Shown: positions 7,358-11,725 of the stretch, one piece after another | Layout of the letters: each line of letters begins with the position of its first letter | Numbering within the stretch: position 1 is the first letter of the stretch | Origin: Vulcanimicrobiaceae bacterium | GTDB taxonomy: Bacteria > Vulcanimicrobiota > Vulcanimicrobiia > Vulcanimicrobiales > Vulcanimicrobiaceae | Direction of reading: 5' to 3' | Length of the DNA: 11,725 bases | Assembly (NCBI GenBank): GCA_046262595.1 | Contig: JBHEMM010000013.1 | Coordinates: 15,927 to 27,651, forward strand | Notes under the pieces: generated by a model | Databases searched by the model: none | What the model was told of the DNA's origin: nothing | What the model saw: only the letters and a program-made list of their open reading frames with translations | Program-made: the position numbers and the translations under genes

Positions 7358-8455
7358 ATGCCGGATATGACGGCAACGCGAGCGCTGGACGAAATTCACG
7401 CCTCCGCCATCGCAAACGGAGCCTCGGACATCCACCTCGAGCCGCTTGATTCCGGAGGACGCGTGCGTGAACGCGTCGATGGAACGCTGCGCGTCGTGCG
7501 TTCTTGCGGCCCGGACCTGTTCGCTCAACTCGTAGCGCGCGCAAAATTACTGGCCGGGATGGACATAGCGGATCGACGGACGCCGCAGGACGGCCGCTAC
7601 GCAATCGAGGGCGCCGCGCGGCGCGTCGAGTCGCGCGTGAGCTGCATGCCGACCATCGCCGGAGAGAAGGTCGTTCTGCGGCTGCTCGATCATCACGCCG
7701 ACGTTCCGGCGCTGACGGATCTCGGGATGCCGCTCGAATCGGTGCCCGCGTTCCGCAGCTGCATCCATGCACCTCATGGGTTCGTGGTCGTTTGCGGGCC
7801 GACCGGCAGCGGAAAGACGACGACGCTGTATGCCTCGCTGCGCGACCGCAATCGCTCCTCGGACAACCTGTGCACCGTGGAAGATCCGGTCGAAATTCGC
7901 TTGCCCGGTGTCGCGCAAGTCCAGACCAATGCTCGCGCCGGTGTGACGTTCGCGAGCGCGCTTCGCGGCTTTCTGCGCCAAGATCCGGACGTCGTCATGA
8001 TCGGCGAGATGCGCGACGAAGAAACCGCCGGCGCGGCGGCTGCGGCTTCACTGAGCGGACAGCTGATCCTGACGTCGCTGCACGCAAAAGATTCGTTCGC
8101 GGCGGTGAGGCGTTTGGTGGAACTCGGCGTGGCGCCGCACTCGCTCGCCGCCGGCTTAACGGCAGTGCTCTCGCAGCGGCTTTTACGGCGCACGTGTGCC
8201 GCATGCTTCGGCCGCGCCGGCGGCTGCGCCTCGTGCTACGGCGCCGGTTTTGCAGGGCGTGTTCCGGTTTTTGAAACGCTTTTGCTCGATGATACGATGC
8301 GCGCGCTGATTGCGGACGGCGCTTCGGCCGCGATACTCGCGGCGCACGCGAAACAGGGCGGGTTCCGCCCGATGCATATGCATGCGCAGGAGCGGATCGC
8401 GGCAAATCTCACGAACGCCGAAGAGGTCCGGCGCGTCCTTGGAGACTGCGCGTGA
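7358..8455 (+). CDS. pilB: GspE/PilB-family pilus assembly ATPase, short form (about 365 aa)
   Basis: ASDIHLEP, RVDG, DIADRRTPQDGR, GEKVVLR, Walker A GPTGSGKTT, Asp box VEDPVE, LRQDPDVVMIGE, two CxxC motifs. Start uncertain: ATG 7358, ATG 7367, or GTG 7244 (GGAG at 7235-7238). The ORF-track start at 7070 overlaps dagK and its promoter region. Confidence 0.88.
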   Translation: MPDMTATRALDEIHASAIANGASDIHLEPLDSGGRVRERVDGTLRVVRSCGPDLFAQLVARAKLLAGMDIADRRTPQDGRYAIEGAARRVESRVSCMPTIAGEKVVLRLLDHHADVPALTDLGMPLESVPAFRSCIHAPHGFVVVCGPTGSGKTTTLYASLRDRNRSSDNLCTVEDPVEIRLPGVAQVQTNARAGVTFASALRGFLRQDPDVVMIGEMRDEETAGAAAAASLSGQLILTSLHAKDSFAAVRRLVELGVAPHSLAAGLTAVLSQRLLRRTCAACFGRAGGCASCYGAGFAGRVPVFETLLLDDTMRALIADGASAAILAAHAKQGGFRPMHMHAQERIAANLTNAEEVRRVLGDCA

Positions 8456-9528
8456 GTGCGGAACTGGCACAGGTGCGCATCGAGGAAACGCTGCGCGTGG
8501 CCCGCAGCCGGGGCGCATCCGACGTGCATTTGACATCCGGCGCCGCGCCGGTGTTCCGCGTAAACGGCGTACTCGAAAGCCAAAACACGCTGCCCATCGC
8601 TTTCGACGAGTTGCACAGCATCGCAACCTTACTGCTCGATCAGGCGATGCGCGCGCATTTGGAGCGCGACGGCGACGTGACGGTCATGTATCGCGCAACA
8701 GGATGCGCTCACGCGCGGGCACACCTTTATAAAACGCATCAAGGAACGAACGTCGCATTCCGGCTGCTTGCGGCCCAGGTTCCAACGCTCGAGTCGCTGC
8801 ATCTGCCTGCCGTCGTCCAATCGTTTGCGGTACGGTCCGGCGGCCTGATCCTCTTTGCGGGCCCGACCGGCAGCGGTAAGTCAACGGCGCTCGCAGGCCT
8901 CGTCGATCGCATCAATAGGACGTCTGCGCGCCATATTATCACGATCGAAGATCCGGTGGAGTACCGGCATGAAGCGGTGAGTTCGGTGCTCGGTCAACGA
9001 GAGATCGGCACGGACGTGCCCAGCTTCGCCCGCGCCGTCTACGGCGCACTGCGCTGCGATCCCGATGTGCTGCTTATCGGCGAGATGCGGACAGCCGAAA
9101 CGATGCATGCCGCCTTGACGGCAGCGGAAACGGGACATTTGGTTCTTTCAACACTGCACACCGGCGATGCCGTACAAACGATCGATCGCATCATCGGATC
9201 CTTCGAGGGAGCTTTGCAGGAACAGGTCCGCATTTCACTGGCACAGACGCTCGTCGCCGCAATCTGCCTGCGGCTGGTTCCCGCTTTGTGCGGCGGCCGG
9301 CGTCCCGCGGCCGAAGTGCTCCTTGTGAACCATGCCGTTCGCAACCTGATTCGCGAAGGCAAAACGCATCAAATCCGCAACGTGATGGAAACCTCGCGCA
9401 ACGAAGGCATGCAAACGCTCGAGGCGCACTTGGGCGACCTCGTTGCCCGTGGTGACGTGTGCGCAGACGCGGCTCTGGCGGCAGCCGCACGGCCCGACGC
9501 ACTGCAGCGTGCAATGGCGATGCGCTGA
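8452..9528 (+). CDS. pilT: Type IV pilus retraction ATPase PilT (358 aa)
   Basis: ASDVHL, GPTGSGKST, HIITIEDPVEY, QREIG, LRCDPDVLLIGE, AAETGHLVLSTLH, the PilT-type AVRNLIRE and GMQTL motifs. GTGA overlap with the pilB stop. Confidence 0.95.
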   Translation: MSAELAQVRIEETLRVARSRGASDVHLTSGAAPVFRVNGVLESQNTLPIAFDELHSIATLLLDQAMRAHLERDGDVTVMYRATGCAHARAHLYKTHQGTNVAFRLLAAQVPTLESLHLPAVVQSFAVRSGGLILFAGPTGSGKSTALAGLVDRINRTSARHIITIEDPVEYRHEAVSSVLGQREIGTDVPSFARAVYGALRCDPDVLLIGEMRTAETMHAALTAAETGHLVLSTLHTGDAVQTIDRIIGSFEGALQEQVRISLAQTLVAAICLRLVPALCGGRRPAAEVLLVNHAVRNLIREGKTHQIRNVMETSRNEGMQTLEAHLGDLVARGDVCADAALAAAARPDALQRAMAMR

Positions 9529-10742
9529 TGGCAGATGCATTTCACTACACCGCAAGGGACGGGAGCGGCGCGTTGATTCAAGGCACGCTGCAATGCGCCG
9601 GGCAGCAGGCCGCACTTTCCTCCCTGCACGAGCGTGCGCTGTTCGTTACCTCGCTCATTGCCGTCACATCTCCGCGCGGACGGGTGGTGAACGCGCTGCG
9701 CGGCCGTGCCTCTCATACCTGCATTGCAATGCTCTTCCGGTCGCTTGCAACAATGGTGAAGGCCGGAGTGCCTATCAGCCGCGCCCTGGAGGTCGCCGCC
9801 GGCCAGACGTCCTCAAACCGTCTGCGCGAAGCGCTGCGCAGCGTGCTGCACGATGTTCAAAGCGGTTATTCGCTGAGCGATTCGCTGAAACGTTATCCGA
9901 ACGATTTCACCGCCTTGCACACCGTCATGGTTCGCGCCGGCGAACTGGGCGGCGCCTTGGACATCGTTCTCGAGCGGCTGGCAACGTCACTAGAGAAAGA
10001 GCGCGCGCTTCGCAAGCGCGTCGCAGCGGCGCTTGCGTACCCCGCATTCGTCGCAGGCGCGGGCGGCGCGCTGGTACTGTTTCTAGTGGCATCCATCGTG
10101 CCGATGTTTCAGTCGATGTACGAGCAGATGCGCGTTCCGCTTCCGCCCGCAACCGCTTTGCTGATCCGCGCCGCCGCCGCGTTTCATTCGCCGTGGGCGG
10201 CGGCCGCATTCGTAGCCTTACCCGTTAGCATTATCGCGGTAGCGCTGCACGCGCGCAGACGCCATGGCGCCGTGGCGTTCGAAGACGTTCTCATGAACGT
10301 TCCGCTTGCCGGTGCAATCGTGCGCAAATCCATCCTTGCGCGCTTCGCGCACCTTTTTGGAACGCTGCTGCGTTCCGGAGTGGACGTCGTCGCAGCGATC
10401 GAGACTGCCGCTGCAGGCCTAGGGAGCACAAGGTACGCTTCATCGCTTGCGGATTTGCGGCGCGCACTGGGCGAGGGTGCGCCGATCTCCGGGCCCCTTT
10501 CCGCGTCTCCACTGTACGATGGAATGTTCGTGCAACTGATCCGGGTTGGAGAAGAAACCGGCACACTGGACGCGATGCTGCTTCAGCTCGCCGACTACTA
10601 CGCCGTGGACGTCGAGGCCGCCCTTTCCACGCTAAGCGCGCTGCTCGAGCCGGCGCTTATTCTGCTGCTCGGCGGCGCTGTCGCGGCGATCGTTTCGGCC
10701 ATTTTTATCCCCCTTTATTCGCTGATTGGAAGCATTAGATGA
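9528..10742 (+). CDS. pilC: Type IV pilus / T2SS inner-membrane platform protein PilC/GspF (404 aa)
   Basis: FHYTARD..G N-terminus, two GspF repeats (RSLATMVKAGVPI...AGELGGAL; GTLLRSGV...VGEETGTL), ALAYP, LLEP, IFIPLY. The ATG at 9528 overlaps the pilT TGA (TGATG). Confidence 0.93.
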   Translation: MADAFHYTARDGSGALIQGTLQCAGQQAALSSLHERALFVTSLIAVTSPRGRVVNALRGRASHTCIAMLFRSLATMVKAGVPISRALEVAAGQTSSNRLREALRSVLHDVQSGYSLSDSLKRYPNDFTALHTVMVRAGELGGALDIVLERLATSLEKERALRKRVAAALAYPAFVAGAGGALVLFLVASIVPMFQSMYEQMRVPLPPATALLIRAAAAFHSPWAAAAFVALPVSIIAVALHARRRHGAVAFEDVLMNVPLAGAIVRKSILARFAHLFGTLLRSGVDVVAAIETAAAGLGSTRYASSLADLRRALGEGAPISGPLSASPLYDGMFVQLIRVGEETGTLDAMLLQLADYYAVDVEAALSTLSALLEPALILLLGGAVAAIVSAIFIPLYSLIGSIR

Positions 10743-11449
10743 TAGCAACGGACCCGGCGCTCGACGTTTGCCTGCACGAGCGGACCGCCGAACGCCGCGA
10801 GCGTGTCGTGATGCAATATGTTTATCTTTGCGCGCGCGGAGCGCGTAAGTTCCACCGGACCGGACTGGACCGCGCCGACTTGGAACAGATCGCCGCAATC
10901 GGCCTGCTAAAAGCGTACGATCGCTACGATCCGAAAAATGGTACGCCGTTCGAAGCGTTTGCGTGGCTGTTTATCGTGGGCGAGCTGATGCATTTTGTCC
11001 GTGACCAGGAACGCATCGTGCGCGCTCCGCGCCGGCTTCGGGCGATCGAGCGGCGAATTCATGCCGCGGGCGAGCATCTGGCGGCGCGCAACGGGTGCGA
11101 ACCGACACGCGACGACCTCGCACGGCACTTAGGACTGGATCGCAAGACGGTCGATGAAGCGTGGCATTACCGGGATCGCGCGAACGTCGATTCCATCGAT
11201 GCGATGACACCGCGGCAGATGCGCAGCTGCATGTACGAGTTCGAGGGCGTGGAAGACGCGCTGCTCGTTCAGCAAGCGCTCGCGCGGCTCACGGGTTTAG
11301 AGTGCTCCATCATCGTCGCGATGTATGCTAACGGATACACGCAGAACGAGGTCGCGTCGCGCCTGGGTTATTCGAGGCGGCATATTTCGCGTCTGCATCG
11401 CTCCGCATTAAAGAAGATGCAGCCTGTGTGGGTCTCTACAATCGACTGA
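10739..11449 (+). CDS. Group 3 sigma-70 factor, SigB/SigF-like (236 aa)
   Basis: Region 2 DLEQIAAIGLLKAYDRYDP..G..F.AFA...IVGELMHFVRD...VRAPRR. Region 3 EPTRDDLARHLG. Region 4 YTQNEVASRLGYSRRHISRL. ATGA overlap with the pilC stop. Confidence 0.92.
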   Translation: MIATDPALDVCLHERTAERRERVVMQYVYLCARGARKFHRTGLDRADLEQIAAIGLLKAYDRYDPKNGTPFEAFAWLFIVGELMHFVRDQERIVRAPRRLRAIERRIHAAGEHLAARNGCEPTRDDLARHLGLDRKTVDEAWHYRDRANVDSIDAMTPRQMRSCMYEFEGVEDALLVQQALARLTGLECSIIVAMYANGYTQNEVASRLGYSRRHISRLHRSALKKMQPVWVSTID

Positions 11450-11475
11450 TTGGGCACTACGCCTGCTGTAAACAG

Positions 11476-11482
11476 AAGGAGG
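11476..11482 (+). promoter_or_regulatory. Strong Shine-Dalgarno sequence of the prepilin gene
   Basis: AAGGAGG 4 nt upstream of ATG 11487. Confidence 0.85.
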
Positions 11483-11486
11483 CGTC

Positions 11487-11725
11487 ATGAGATATCAACG
11501 CGGTTTTACCCTGTTGGAGATGATGGTCGTCGTGGCGATCATCGCCGTGCTCGCCGATCTCGCCGCCGGCATCTCGGTCGGAACGATATCGGCGCGCTTC
11601 CACGCCGGCCTGGCGAATACGACCGCCCAGGTGATCGCGCTGATCGCGCGCGAGCTGGAGCTCAAGACCGCCGTGCTGTCGGGCGGCGTCTTTCAGAACA
11701 GGCTGCTGCTCGAGCTGACCGTGCC
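11487..11725 (+). CDS. Prepilin-type N-terminal cleavage/methylation protein (type IV pilin), partial; frame open to the window end but appears chimeric after about 11555
   Basis: Manual translation MRYQRG|FTLLEMMVVVAIIAVLA...: class III signal peptide with G-1, F+1, E+5 and a hydrophobic helix. Strong RBS; located at the end of a pil operon. Confidence 0.85.
   Translation, partial: MRYQRGFTLLEMMVVVAIIAVLADLAAGISVGTISARFHAGLANTTAQVIALIARELELKTAVLSGGVFQNRLLLELTV
11544..11725 (+). other. hypF: HypF-like (carbamoyltransferase, Kae1-like C-terminal domain) coding fragment, in frame with the prepilin N-terminus
   Basis: Translation AVLADLAAGISVGTISARFHAGLANTTAQVIALIARELELKTAVLSGGVFQNRLLLELTV. 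I recognise 'ISARFH.GLA' and 'LSGGVFQNRLL' (motif starting at 11676) as characteristic of the HypF C-terminal region. No database search was run. Confidence 0.75.

Noticed and set aside
1..11725. CRISPR arrays, tRNA/rRNA genes, IS elements, integrases or phage genes
   Set aside because: No repeat-spacer periodicity, cloverleaf, terminal inverted repeats or transposase/integrase motifs were seen on reading.

Overview
GC-rich bacterial chromosomal window with four blocks. (1) The 5' end of a membrane-protein gene (- strand, truncated by the window edge) diverges from a stand-alone ftsA-ftsZ pair closed by a strong intrinsic terminator. (2) A secreted phosphoesterase/phospholipase C-family gene converges with a minus-strand operon of DAGK-family lipid kinase, PAP2 phosphatase and PQQ-type beta-propeller. 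(3) A relatively AT-rich divergent control region carries 11-bp-phased GTCC/TGTCCAAA repeats. (4) A type IV pilus operon (short PilB/GspE ATPase, pilT, pilC) has a SigB/SigF-type sigma factor gene coupled directly after pilC and directly before a prepilin gene. The sigma factor embedded in the pil operon is the best candidate for an undescribed system. The final prepilin frame switches after its hydrophobic N-terminus into sequence resembling the C-terminal part of HypF, which is most simply an assembly or amplification chimera at the window end. The gene style is reminiscent of Vulcanimicrobiota/Eremiobacterota, but that is an unverified impression.
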